A stretch of DNA of 64,000 nt. Source: Terriglobia bacterium. GTDB taxonomy: Bacteria; Acidobacteriota; UBA6911. The position numbers and the translations under genes are program-made. Where the stretch lies: NCBI GenBank assembly GCA_020072565.1, contig JAIQGI010000014.1, positions 16,327-80,326 on the forward strand. Direction: 5' to 3'. Under the pieces are notes generated by a model. That model worked only from the letters and a program-made list of their open reading frames with translations. It was not told the DNA's origin and did not search any database. The first letter of the stretch is position 1. Each line of letters opens with the position of its first letter. Shown here in pieces: positions 41,033 through 50,656 of the stretch.

Positions 41033-41755
41033 TCAGGTCGGCTCCCGCTTCGCAAAGGTGTGTCTCAGCGTGTGCGGACCGATGGTCTTAGTCAAGCCCG
41101 CGCGTTTTGCCGCACCACGAACGGCGTGCCAGACGGTTTTGTCCGACATCGGCTTCTCAACACCGAGACGTCCTGCGGTGCTGGGGAACAGATAGATCTT
41201 CGGCCGCTTCGAACGATAGTACTCACGCAGCGCATCGAGAAGTTTGGGAGACATCGGCAGAGCGCGATCGCGTGAACCTTTGCCCTGCCGGATATGGATG
41301 ATCATGCGCTGACTGTCAATGTCAGCCAGTTTGACAAGCGGAGCCTCGGCCCGTCGTAAACCCGTCGAGTACAAAAGCATCAAAATGGTGCGGTATTTGA
41401 GATTCGGCGCAGCTTCGATCAATCGCGTCACCTCTTCATGACTCAGCACCACCGGCAGCTTTTTAGGAACCTTGGGGAAAGGCAAATCGTCCATGTCAAG
41501 ATCGCGACGCCTGAGGGTCTTCTTGTATAGGAAACGCAATGCCGAGAGTCTTATTTTAACCGTGCTCGGCTCAAGCTTCTTCTCCTTGAGCAGGTAGAGT
41601 TGAAACCGGCGCACCTCTTCGGTGCCGAGTTTATCCGGGGACTTGTCGAAATAATCGGCAAACTGCTTGACGGCCAGAATGTATCCACGAAACGTTTCAG
41701 GTGAGTAATTGCGGCGCTGGAGCTCGTCCAGCATTCTCTGACGTAATGGGGTCAT
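41033..41755 (-). pseudogene. tyrosine recombinase of IS91-family copy B, C-terminally truncated by frameshift
   Basis: The ORF stops after HTLRHTFA. The continuation [31 protein letters not shown]... (catalytic Tyr region) is readable in another frame between 40955 and 41032. Confidence 0.45.
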
Positions 41756-42309
41756 AGAGACCTCCTTTCTATGACCCCGAGGCTAGCAAAACGGCGGGAT
41801 TACCGCAGCAAACGTGGATACCTAAGTCGGTGATGCAAATCGGGGATTACCGCTGCGAACGTCGATACCGGCGCCAGCGGCTTAGTTCTAACGGCGTACT
41901 CGTACAATGACAAAGGTGAACAAAAGGTGAACCCAGCGACTTGTCCGGGTACGCTAACGACTTCTTGGGAGTAATCCGGCGGACCCCTGTGCGGCAGTGG
42001 CATTCAGCGGGATTGTTGGTCCCAGACGAAACCGATGCGGACGCCCTCTCTGGTGAAGCGCTTCGAGATCAATGAGCGGCATGGAATCTCCTTCCGCGCC
42101 GAGGCTTACAACGTGTTCATCAACGCCAACTTCGGCCCGCCGAATACCGATTTCAAATCGAGCTACCTCTGGAAAGATCTCCACTGCCGTGGGCAATGCC
42201 CCGGTTCTACAGGTGGCTCTGCGTTACGATGTTTGAGAACGGGCTGACCAGACGCCCTGGGTGCCTCCGAAGCTTCCTGTTCAAAGTGTGGCCCGCTACC
42301 CGGCTCGTG

Positions 42310-44055
42310 TTATGGAGCGAGGCCCAGGCGGCGCAGGAGTTCGTCATACCGTGGGTCCGAACGCATGGTATCGTACTCGGGATAAATCTTTAGCCAGGGC
42401 AACAGCGGACTGCGTTCCTCATAGGCACGGTTGAGGCATTCGAAGAACTTCTCGCGGTCCCCCAGCCCCCCATGGATTTCCGCCAACACTGTCGAGGGGA
42501 GACCCAGCTTCTCAAAATGCGCTTCGGCCTCCTTCAGAACTTTCTGCGCCTCGGCTTTGTCGCCCCGGAGGCTATACGCATACCCAAGCTTGGAAATCGC
42601 CAGCGGCATATATCCCGTGTGCTCCATGGATTTCTGAATGGCGGCGATAGCTTGGTCATACCGTCCCTGTTGGATTAGGACAAATGCCAGATAGACATAA
42701 GCGAGGCCGAAGTCGGGGTCCAGTTCAAGCGTTTTCTCCAGTTGCTCCACAGCCTGTTTGTATTCCCGGGCCCAGTAAAGCACCAATCCTACATTGGCAT
42801 TGATGCTGAGCGAGAGCGGATCGAGGTCCTCAGCCCGTCTTGCTTCGGCAACGGCTTCATCAAATCGGGCCATGGCACAGAGATACTGGGCATACCAAAG
42901 ATGACTTGTAGGGTAACCCGGATTTAGTTCGAGCGCCTTTTTGAATTCACACTCTGCCCCGGGCCAATCCCACGAATACAGCATTTTAGTATATGCGAGG
43001 GAAGTGTGCGCCTCGGCGATCGTATTGTCGATTTCCAGTGCCTTTTCCGCTGCGGCCTTAGCAGTGGGGAATGTCTCGTGCGAAGCACGGAATTGAAAAA
43101 TGCCTTGCAGATTGTAATAGTCGGCCAATCCCGAGTAGGCCAGCCCGTAACGCGGGTCGACCCCAATCGCTTGCTGAAAATACTCGAGCGCCTTCTCCGG
43201 TGCCCCCGGAGAAAACCGTCTGTTCCAGAAGTGGCGACCTCTCAAATACAGGTGATATGCGTCCACGCTGCCCGTATACCGTTTTACCACCGTGCTTTTC
43301 TCGCTTGGCAGCAGCTTGACCTTCAGCCTATCGATGATCGCAGCAGCAATCTCATCCTGGATCGCAAAAATATCGTCCATCTCGCGGTCGAACTGCTCCG
43401 ACCAAAGATGGTAACCGTCGGCGGCGCTGATGAGTTGAGTGAGGATGCGCACGCGGTTGCCTCTTCTTTGCACACTTCCTTCGAGGATCGTGGCCGCGTT
43501 CAACCGTCTGCCGATCTCGTGCACGTCCAATTTCTGGTTCCTGAGCGAGAATGCCGAGGTTCGCGCGACCACTCGCAGATCCCTGACCCTTGTCAATGTG
43601 TTGAGCAGTTCTTCAGCCAGTCCGTCGCAAAAATACTCGTTCTCCGGCGCGGCGCTCAGGTTGGCAAACGGCAGGACTGCAATAGAGGGCACAGAGGCAA
43701 CACTGACGGCTGCCCTGCGCTCTTCAATAATTACGTCAGCGATGAAGCGATAGCCACGCTTGCGAACAGTGCTGATATAACGGGGAGTGCCGGCCGCATC
43801 ACCGATGGCATGCCGGATATTCTTGATTTCCTGAGCCAGGGCATCGTCGGTGACAAACGATTCCTTCCAGATTTGATCAAACAGTTCCTGCTTTTCCACC
43901 ACACGGTCACGATGTTCGATCAGATAAATCAGGAGGTCAAATGCTCGCGGCTCGAGGCTCATCAGTTGAGCGCCTTTGAACACGCGAAAGAGGTCCCGTT
44001 CCACCACGACATGGTTAAAACGATAGGACAGGTGCGGTTGGTCATGACGTGGCAT
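42310..44055 (-). CDS. winged-helix (OmpR/CadC-type) regulator with C-terminal TPR domain (paralog of 36143..38047)
   Basis: The N-terminal wHTH reads FDLLIYLIEHRDRVVEKQELFDQIWKESFVTDDALAQEIKNIRHAI..YISTVRKRGYRFIA and is followed by a long TPR array. Confidence 0.7.
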   Translation of the reverse strand: MPRHDQPHLSYRFNHVVVERDLFRVFKGAQLMSLEPRAFDLLIYLIEHRDRVVEKQELFDQIWKESFVTDDALAQEIKNIRHAIGDAAGTPRYISTVRKRGYRFIADVIIEERRAAVSVASVPSIAVLPFANLSAAPENEYFCDGLAEELLNTLTRVRDLRVVARTSAFSLRNQKLDVHEIGRRLNAATILEGSVQRRGNRVRILTQLISAADGYHLWSEQFDREMDDIFAIQDEIAAAIIDRLKVKLLPSEKSTVVKRYTGSVDAYHLYLRGRHFWNRRFSPGAPEKALEYFQQAIGVDPRYGLAYSGLADYYNLQGIFQFRASHETFPTAKAAAEKALEIDNTIAEAHTSLAYTKMLYSWDWPGAECEFKKALELNPGYPTSHLWYAQYLCAMARFDEAVAEARRAEDLDPLSLSINANVGLVLYWAREYKQAVEQLEKTLELDPDFGLAYVYLAFVLIQQGRYDQAIAAIQKSMEHTGYMPLAISKLGYAYSLRGDKAEAQKVLKEAEAHFEKLGLPSTVLAEIHGGLGDREKFFECLNRAYEERSPLLPWLKIYPEYDTMRSDPRYDELLRRLGLAP

Positions 44056-44081
44056 CGCTAACTCCGCAAAGTCGCAGAAAA

Positions 44082-44214
44082 ATCAGGTCTTCTTCATTGC
44101 GAAGCGATAAATCTTATTATTTTAACGCCATCCTGGCCTAAGCTCAAAGCACAGCCAAAAAACTCAAGCAATTCGCCCACCCATAAGATCACCGAAAGAT
44201 CAGGTTTTCTTCAT
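44082..44214. promoter_or_regulatory. direct repeats atcaggtYttcttcat (x2, 117 bp apart) in divergent regulator/PD40 intergenic region
   Basis: atcaggtcttcttcat (44082-44097) and atcaggttttcttcat (44199-44214) match at 15 of 16 positions, with flanks gaaaRatcaggt... also conserved. OmpR-family wHTH proteins typically bind direct repeats. Confidence 0.3.
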
Positions 44215-44529
44215 CACAGAGGGCAGCTGATTGGACTATATGCACATCAGTAGGACAAAGGCACTAATTCACGTACCCGCGCCACATCCTCAGGATGATC
44301 AATAAGGAACAACGAAGTACTACTCGGATAGGGATGTCGCTTTTGCTTGGCAATTCCCACCTCGACATTAGTTGTGGATTGCCAGTTCTGACATGGATCG
44401 ATGGATGCCGAGTCTTAATCCCGAAAAGCGGCCGGCCGAGCAGTAAGACCGATGCTCTGGTGCACGCCGGCGTTGTTTGAGGCTATTTCCGGTTGAAGTC
44501 TGCGGATTTCATTATGAATAGGAGGTGCC

Positions 44530-45444
44530 ATGAAAAGAATCCTGGCTGTTGCTGTCATGTTGTTGTTTATGGGGATCCTGCCTGCGGAGGATACCATGCA
44601 GTTCACCGATTGGTCTGCCCCCGTAAGCCTGGGACCCACTGTCAACTCCGGTTACAACGATAGAGACCCGACCATCTCAAAAAGCGGATTGAGCCTCTAC
44701 TTTGGGTCAGATCGGCCTGATCCCAATGCCCAGGGCGGTTTTGACATCTATGTGTCCCAACGGGACAGTCTTGAGGATCCATGGGAAGCCCCGGTCAATC
44801 TCGGCACGACGATCAACGGCCCGTACCACGAAGACGACACGGCCTTCTCGCCCGACGGGCACTGGTTGGTTTTCACCAGTGATCGCCCCCATGGATGTGG
44901 CGGCATGGACCTGTGGATCTCGCACCGCCAGAACAAACGCGATGATTTCGGATGGGAGACGCCGACCAACCTCGGATGCGTGGTGAATAGCGGGAATGGG
45001 GAAAATGGCCCATTTCTCATCGAAGACCAGATGACGGGCCAATTGCTTCTTTACTTTGCCAGCGACCGTGTGCTTGGCGGAACCTGGTTTGATATCTACG
45101 TCAGTTCGCTTTCCGAAGAGACGGGCACCTTCGGGCCGCCCAAACCTGTTGTCGAGTTGAATAGCGAAAAGCGCGAGTTCCAGCCGTGCCTCCGCAAGGA
45201 CGTTCTGGAGATCTTCTTCGTGAGGGGCCAGCCGGGCTTCGGTATAGATCTGTGGGTCGCGACGCGTGAAACCACTCTGGATCCGTGGTCCACGCCGGTG
45301 AACCTGACTTTGTTAAACTCAACAGCCTATGAGTACCATCCAACACTATCCTGGGATGGCACCACACTGATCTTTGCGTCCCAGCGGCTCGGGACGTTTG
45401 ATCTGTTCATGTCCACCCGGACCAAGCTCAACCCGCAGAAATAA
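44530..45444 (+). CDS. secreted TolB-like (PD40/WD40-like beta-propeller repeat) protein
   Basis: A signal peptide precedes repeated PD40-like units (D..Y.S.R..G..D.W.S.R; F..DG..L.F.SDR). Confidence 0.6.
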   Translation: MKRILAVAVMLLFMGILPAEDTMQFTDWSAPVSLGPTVNSGYNDRDPTISKSGLSLYFGSDRPDPNAQGGFDIYVSQRDSLEDPWEAPVNLGTTINGPYHEDDTAFSPDGHWLVFTSDRPHGCGGMDLWISHRQNKRDDFGWETPTNLGCVVNSGNGENGPFLIEDQMTGQLLLYFASDRVLGGTWFDIYVSSLSEETGTFGPPKPVVELNSEKREFQPCLRKDVLEIFFVRGQPGFGIDLWVATRETTLDPWSTPVNLTLLNSTAYEYHPTLSWDGTTLIFASQRLGTFDLFMSTRTKLNPQK

Positions 45445-45586
45445 TTCATGTTCTGCGGGTACTCACGTGCCGGGAGAACAAAAAACGATATACGAATCCA
45501 TGATTGCCGTTCGTCCTTACCTCCGTCCGACCACGCCGGAAGTTCGAGGGCGTCGGGTCGGCGGAGGTGAAGGGACGTCCAGATAG

Positions 45587-45898
45587 GTGACCTTCGATGA
45601 AGTCCGTTTGATGTTATCGGTACTGGATGTTCGGGAACAGCTAATTTCGAGGCTCGCGGTACTTGCCGGGAGGAGGAGTTCCCTTCCGAGGTTGAGGGCG
45701 GTTGGACGGGCGTGGGCAAACTTCCAAGTCATGCGGAGGACCCACAGTTCTCTGTCGAAGGAGCTTGACGTCGATCCGCATATCCGGGCGGAGCAAATGG
45801 GGCATAGCGTCGATGTAAACGAGAACGTTTATACGATTACTTCGATCCACCGCCGCAAGGAAGCCGTCAATGCCCTCGATTCGGTGATTGAGGCTTAA
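45587..45898 (+). pseudogene. remnant C-terminal fragment of a tyrosine integrase
   Basis: Only ~100 aa are retained, with a catalytic-core-like segment (RAVGRAWANFQVMRRTHSSLSKELDVDPHIRAEQMGHSVDVNENVYT; HxxR...GH...Y). No N-terminal domains are present upstream. The fragment ends 44 nt from the tRNA-Gly 3' end. Confidence 0.5.
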
Positions 45899-45942
45899 TG
45901 GACTCTACGAATTCGGGGTGTCTGTAACTCGTTGAAAAGATT

Positions 45943-46017
<75 letters not shown>

Positions 46018-46205
46018 GCGATAACTATTGATATATCTATGCTTTAGCGTTTCATTAAATTTTCGTGCAACAAATGTACAACAGAATATTCCCCTCTGTC
46101 GTTTGGGCTTGTTGTACCGTGTTTGAGTCGCGCTTCAGCATGAGCGTACTTTACTTTTTGTTGCAGATTTTCGCAAGCGGTAATGCCTTCAGGTGGAGAT
46201 CGCCT

Positions 46206-46532
46206 TTATCGAACGATTTTCGAAAAATCTGCATAGTGCTGCCTGATAAACTTCACCATTGATCGCAAGGCCAGATCGGGATGAACCCTGTCAAGGGTAG
46301 GTTGTCTGACGTGATAGGACTGTAATGTACCGTTCTCTTTTATCTGCCACACGAGAACGCTTGATGATTCCTTCCCGGGACGTTTGATTGCTTCCAGCCG
46401 GAACTTCCTGGACCCACCTTTGGCCTCTAGCTGAAACCCGATTGTTCGAACCACCTCGTACGGTTCCGTGATCGCGTCTTCTGTGGACTTGAAGAGTTCT
46501 CCAAGCGTTCGCTCATGCTCTTGTTTTTTCAT
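46206..46532 (-). CDS. hypothetical protein
   Basis: The 108-aa ORF has a good SD (aaggag) 7 nt upstream of its ATG. Confidence 0.45.
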   Translation of the reverse strand: MKKQEHERTLGELFKSTEDAITEPYEVVRTIGFQLEAKGGSRKFRLEAIKRPGKESSSVLVWQIKENGTLQSYHVRQPTLDRVHPDLALRSMVKFIRQHYADFSKIVR

Positions 46533-46725
46533 GCCCTGCTCCTTTGAGGTCCGATGGGGTCTGATTCTATCACAATGCAGCCTTCGCCCTCGAAAACTCT
46601 GCTCTGTAGAGGCTCAGGTTGAACGATCGCCCTTCGAGCGGGCAGCGATGTATGACCGAAATCCGCGTCCCCAGCGCTGCTCACGTCGGGGGCCAGGTTG
46701 CCTAATGTGGCGTTTGCCGCATCCG

Positions 46726-46771
46726 TTCCAGCGGGCCCAGTCACCGAAGACTGAGCCCGCTGGAATTTTTT
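46726..46771 (+). terminator. strong plus-strand Rho-independent terminator inside the minus-strand element
   Basis: The stem ttccagcgggc and gcccgctggaa (11 bp) has an inner pair cagtc/gactg and a 6-nt loop, and is followed by TTTTTT (46766-46771). Confidence 0.55.
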
Positions 46772-47062
46772 GCCGCAGGCCCGGCCGGAGGGGGTGCCTC
46801 ATGACCCTGCGCTTATGCGCAGCCAGGCCCACGGTGCCCGGTGACTGCAGCCGGGCGGTTTGGCTTAAGCGATAGCCGCTGGCGAATCTGTTGCGCCTTC
46901 GGCAATCGCCCGGCGAAACTGAAAAACCATGAGTCCGTCCGGGCGCTTAACGCCTGCGATCAGTTCCCAGCCCAGGGCGCCCAACGGATTGAGGTCTGCC
47001 ATCTCGTCCAAAACCTCGAAACGATATTCCCACTTCATTTCGTGCCTCCTGTTGTTTGACTA

Positions 47063-47623
47063 CTACATTTGGCCAAGAGCCGCCGCAAGGACCCGATCAA
47101 AACGGTAAAACGGCATTGAGACGGATTCCGATTCCTCGAGGCGCTCGATCCACTTGGTGATTGTCAAAATGATTTCAGTTGGATCCTCGCACGCCTCGCA
47201 CTGCCGGAGCACCGCTGCCAGTTCGGTTCTCAATTCCGAGTTCTCCGGGAGTTGAGCACACACGGCGCCAACAACGTTGCCAAAGGAGCCACAAACCGCG
47301 CTCAACGCGCGATGGAGCTTGTCCTTCGTTGCCCGCAGCTGCGGCACAAGATCCGCCGTCAACGCGTCACGACGGGCAATAGCCGCCTCGAGCTCCGCCT
47401 TATGAACCGCGTCGCGTTCGGCCCAAAGTTCTTCACAAACCTGGCGGGAATAACTGCCGTCTTTGGCGAGGCGTAGCGATTCCAGCTGCTCAGCTTCGCG
47501 TTGCGCCTCGTGCCACTTGGGCCGAATCGCAGCAAATTCGCGCTGCAGGTCCGCTCGCACTTTTTGAAGTTCCCTCACCTTGGCAATCCATTTTTTCGCC
47601 TCGTCCTTTTTTGCAAATAGCAT
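47063..47623 (-). CDS. hypothetical coiled-coil protein
   Basis: The 186-aa ORF is highly charged and helical, with no known motif. Confidence 0.4.
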   Translation of the reverse strand: MLFAKKDEAKKWIAKVRELQKVRADLQREFAAIRPKWHEAQREAEQLESLRLAKDGSYSRQVCEELWAERDAVHKAELEAAIARRDALTADLVPQLRATKDKLHRALSAVCGSFGNVVGAVCAQLPENSELRTELAAVLRQCEACEDPTEIILTITKWIERLEESESVSMPFYRFDRVLAAALGQM

Positions 47624-47633
47624 TTCATCTCCT

Positions 47634-47885
47634 TTAGCGGTCTCGATACCGCCGCTGCAACCATTGTTCGTTCATCGCCCGTTGCCGTTCCGCATCTAAC
47701 GTCAGGCCCCGGTGAAATTCGACTTGCGCTTTTGCTGCACGAAAGATTTGCTTAGCCTCATGCGCCTTACGCCAGCGCGCAAACGGTGCCGCATAAAGCC
47801 GGGTGATGCGCAGCCAAAGCGCGCGGACCTGATTTCGAATTTTTCGGCGCAGCCCCCTCAGGCGCATATTCCCCTCCCATACCAC
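47634..47885 (-). CDS. hypothetical small basic protein
   Basis: The 83-aa ORF is Arg-rich. Support is weak. Confidence 0.25.
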   Translation of the reverse strand: MVWEGNMRLRGLRRKIRNQVRALWLRITRLYAAPFARWRKAHEAKQIFRAAKAQVEFHRGLTLDAERQRAMNEQWLQRRYRDR

Positions 47886-48418
47886 TCAACCCATGCTGCC
47901 TCCGGCCAAAACAACCGATCTATTGTTTGCGCCGAAATGACAACACGCCAAGTGGGGCCCGTTTGCGTGCGGCAGAGGCTTTCCAGATGTGCACCGATTC
48001 TCTGAACGCGCGGCCAATTATCACGAATCATTACTCCGGCCCGTGCGAGAATTTCGTCCAGGTCGAGATGAATTCCGACGGTTCCGCAAAGTTGTATCCG
48101 CGACCCCAGATTGACTGCGTCGGTTTGCTCGGGATCGGGATCCATAAAATCCCAGGTGGGAGACACAACCCCGCGCAGGTGGCGATCGGCACAGAGTCTC
48201 ACTTGGATCATCACCGCAGGCAGACCAACGAGTTCAGCCACGACATAGTGTCCAGCCTCGTGAAAACTCACTCCGGCGATCGAATCGGCCTCTGGAGCGG
48301 TTTCGTAAAAAATTTGTTCCGCCCAGGGCCCGCCGCAATCGATGAGCGCGCGGCCTTGCGCTTCCCTGAGAAGTTCCGCTTTTGCATTGGCGAGTTGTGC
48401 CTCTAGGGTTTCCGTCAT
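47858..48418 (-). CDS. putative zinc metallopeptidase (HEAGH motif)
   Basis: The 186-aa product contains SFHEAGHYVVAELVG, a HExxH motif in an FtsH/ImmA-like context. Confidence 0.45.
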   Translation of the reverse strand: MTETLEAQLANAKAELLREAQGRALIDCGGPWAEQIFYETAPEADSIAGVSFHEAGHYVVAELVGLPAVMIQVRLCADRHLRGVVSPTWDFMDPDPEQTDAVNLGSRIQLCGTVGIHLDLDEILARAGVMIRDNWPRVQRIGAHLESLCRTQTGPTWRVVISAQTIDRLFWPEAAWVEWYGRGICA

Positions 48419-48663
48419 GCGTTCACCTGGCTCAGGAAATAGGCGCCAAGCGCGTATACCTTGGCACTGTCTGCAAAAGTTTCGCTGTCCAGCTCTGAGT
48501 TAATCAACCCGACTTCTCTTTTCAAGCGGGTGTACTCCGCTTCGGCATCAGGAGTGAATGCACCCGCCGCGCGAGCGTCGGCCAGCAGCTCATGCGCCCG
48601 ACAAAGTTTTTTCGTTTTTTCCTGCCTCAGTTGTCTCTCTTCAAGCAATAGATTTCGCATTTC
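48415..48663 (-). CDS. hypothetical protein
   Basis: The ORF is trimmed to the internal Met MRNLLLEERQ to avoid overlap with the terminase gene. The product is coiled-coil. Confidence 0.3.
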   Translation of the reverse strand, partial: EMRNLLLEERQLRQEKTKKLCRAHELLADARAAGAFTPDAEAEYTRLKREVGLINSELDSETFADSAKVYALGAYFLSQVNA

Positions 48664-48712
48664 AGTTCCCCTTTCCGAAGTCGAAGTTAGTAAACATGAC
48701 CCCTCCTCATTG

Positions 48713-50656
48713 TCAGCGATTAAGCCAGCCGCCCCGCCCGGGATCGCCGAGCCAGCCCCGTGTTCTCTCGCCCAAAAAGGACTCATTGCGCTCGCGATTT
48801 AACGCCAGGCCGAGCCGTGCTTTTTCATCTGGATCCTGACTTGCGGCGGTCAACTCTTTGGATCTCAAGGCGTCCATCCTGTCCGCGTGCGCGTTCAGCT
48901 TTATCCCGGACATGTGGAGGCTTTGGAGCGCAGCGAAGTTGTAGCACGCAACGTCCAGGACTTCATTTCGTACTCCCGGCGCTTTGAACCACTCCCGGAC
49001 CGCAAAGCCTTTCGAGTATCGGACCCTCACCGTCTCGCTTGTGAGCTGCTCGAAAAAGCTACGATCTGCCGTCATCGGAAAGTGCATAAAGCCCGGACCC
49101 GGATCGAGAATCCTCAAATGGCTTGCGATCCAATCTTTGCAGGGGTCAACGCCCACAATGAACATGGGGCTTTTATCCTTCCCGCGGCCCGCTCTCCGCG
49201 GCCAAACGGGATGACGCCCGGCTTGGCCCTTGATGGCATAGACGCGCCGGCGAAGCCTATCCCGAGTGAACTGATAGACGGCCGCGGTTGCATATCCCGA
49301 GTCAACGCAGCACGCAGAGATCAGGAGTTTCGCGCCGAATTCGTGCGTAAATTCCGAGGTCAGAATCCGGTCAAGGTCTCGCCAAACCTCCGGCCGCATC
49401 GGATCGCCGCGGATGATGTTGTATTGGATCTGCCAGCACTCTTCATCACGCCCCCAGCCAAAAACGCCAACCTCGAGGCGATCCGTTTGGACGTCCACGC
49501 CCGCGGTCAAAAGCGCCACCCCTGCCGGCAGCGTCGCGCCAAATGGCTCCCGTCTCGACAAGAGGAGTTCGACGTCGAGCTTTTCCGAATGTGGTTCCTC
49601 CCAGGATTCCGCCAGGACTGTGTTGATAAAAACTCGGAGACGTTCCGGGCTCTTACTCGCTCTGATGAAATTGGCGGCCAACTTCGGCCAGGTCGTCCAT
49701 GGGGAAGCCAGGGCGTTAATGTGAAACCCAGCCGCCCGGCCTTCCCCCGGTGATTCCGCCCGCCATTCCCCGCGCTCCAGCATAGCCGGCTTGTGTCGGT
49801 CCTCGATTTTGCCGTTGCACAACTCACATTTGTAAAAGGCCTCTGCCGGCTTCCCTTGCGGCCATTCAACGCCGCTCCATTTCAGCGTCTGAAATCCCTG
49901 GCAATGCGGACATGGAACCCAATATTGGCGTTTGTCGCTTTCCTTGTACGCGGCCTCGATCCGGGACACGCCCTTTACCGTTGGAGTGGAGATCATGCAG
50001 ATTTTGCGATTGGCAAACGTCTCGCTGCGTGCGATTGCCAAATCACAAGGGTCGCCCTCAGCTACCGATCCGCCTTCAGCGCCGGCCGCGCCCATCGCGC
50101 TCGCGGGGTAGGCGTCCACTTCGTCAAGGATGATGTAACGCGCCGGCATGCTGCGAAGCCCTGCCGCGCTGTTTGCTCCGCAAAACGCAGCATATCCGCC
50201 AGGAAACGATTTTGTCTGAATGGTATTGTCAGCGGCGCGCGTCTCGGTCCTGCAGATGCGGTCTCGGAGCTCGGGCGTAGTTTGGATCAGTGATGTAACG
50301 CGCTGCTTTGAAAAACGTGCGGCCAATTCGACCGTGGGCTGGACCAGAAGCGCTGGGCCAGGTGCAAGGTGAATGACGAGCCCCAGCAGGTTTAGAAGCG
50401 CCTCAGATCCGCCGATCTGTGAAGGCTTAACGAACACGGTTCGCTCGCTACCACCATTCGGGCTCATGCTGTCCATTACTTCGCGCATGAACGGGACTCT
50501 GGAAGTCCGCCATTTGCCGGGCTCGCCGGCCGAAGTGTGGCTCAGGATTCGATAGCGATCCGCCCATTCAGAAACCGTCAACAGCGGTTCCGGCCGGATT
50601 GCGCGGGCCACAATTCCCCGGATTTCATTTGCCTTCGAGAGCGTCGGCGAGTCCAT
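48713..50656 (-). CDS. phage terminase large subunit, GpA family
   Basis: The 647-aa product has an N-terminal ATPase (TVFVKPSQIGGSEALLNLLG; Walker B ARYIILDEVDAYP) and a Cys cluster (CPHCQGFQ...CELCNG) typical of lambda-GpA-like terminases. A C-terminal nuclease-like region follows. Confidence 0.7.
   Translation of the reverse strand: MDSPTLSKANEIRGIVARAIRPEPLLTVSEWADRYRILSHTSAGEPGKWRTSRVPFMREVMDSMSPNGGSERTVFVKPSQIGGSEALLNLLGLVIHLAPGPALLVQPTVELAARFSKQRVTSLIQTTPELRDRICRTETRAADNTIQTKSFPGGYAAFCGANSAAGLRSMPARYIILDEVDAYPASAMGAAGAEGGSVAEGDPCDLAIARSETFANRKICMISTPTVKGVSRIEAAYKESDKRQYWVPCPHCQGFQTLKWSGVEWPQGKPAEAFYKCELCNGKIEDRHKPAMLERGEWRAESPGEGRAAGFHINALASPWTTWPKLAANFIRASKSPERLRVFINTVLAESWEEPHSEKLDVELLLSRREPFGATLPAGVALLTAGVDVQTDRLEVGVFGWGRDEECWQIQYNIIRGDPMRPEVWRDLDRILTSEFTHEFGAKLLISACCVDSGYATAAVYQFTRDRLRRRVYAIKGQAGRHPVWPRRAGRGKDKSPMFIVGVDPCKDWIASHLRILDPGPGFMHFPMTADRSFFEQLTSETVRVRYSKGFAVREWFKAPGVRNEVLDVACYNFAALQSLHMSGIKLNAHADRMDALRSKELTAASQDPDEKARLGLALNRERNESFLGERTRGWLGDPGRGGWLNR

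Larger units (their letters stand above)
39375..41755 (-). mobile_element. IS91-family insertion sequence (copy B, inverted relative to A, apparently degenerate)
   Basis: The element has the same gene order, tyrosine recombinase then transposase, on the minus strand. It is diverged from copy A at nucleotide level. An imperfect inverted repeat (39379-39391 and 39425-39435) lies downstream of the transposase. Confidence 0.5.
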
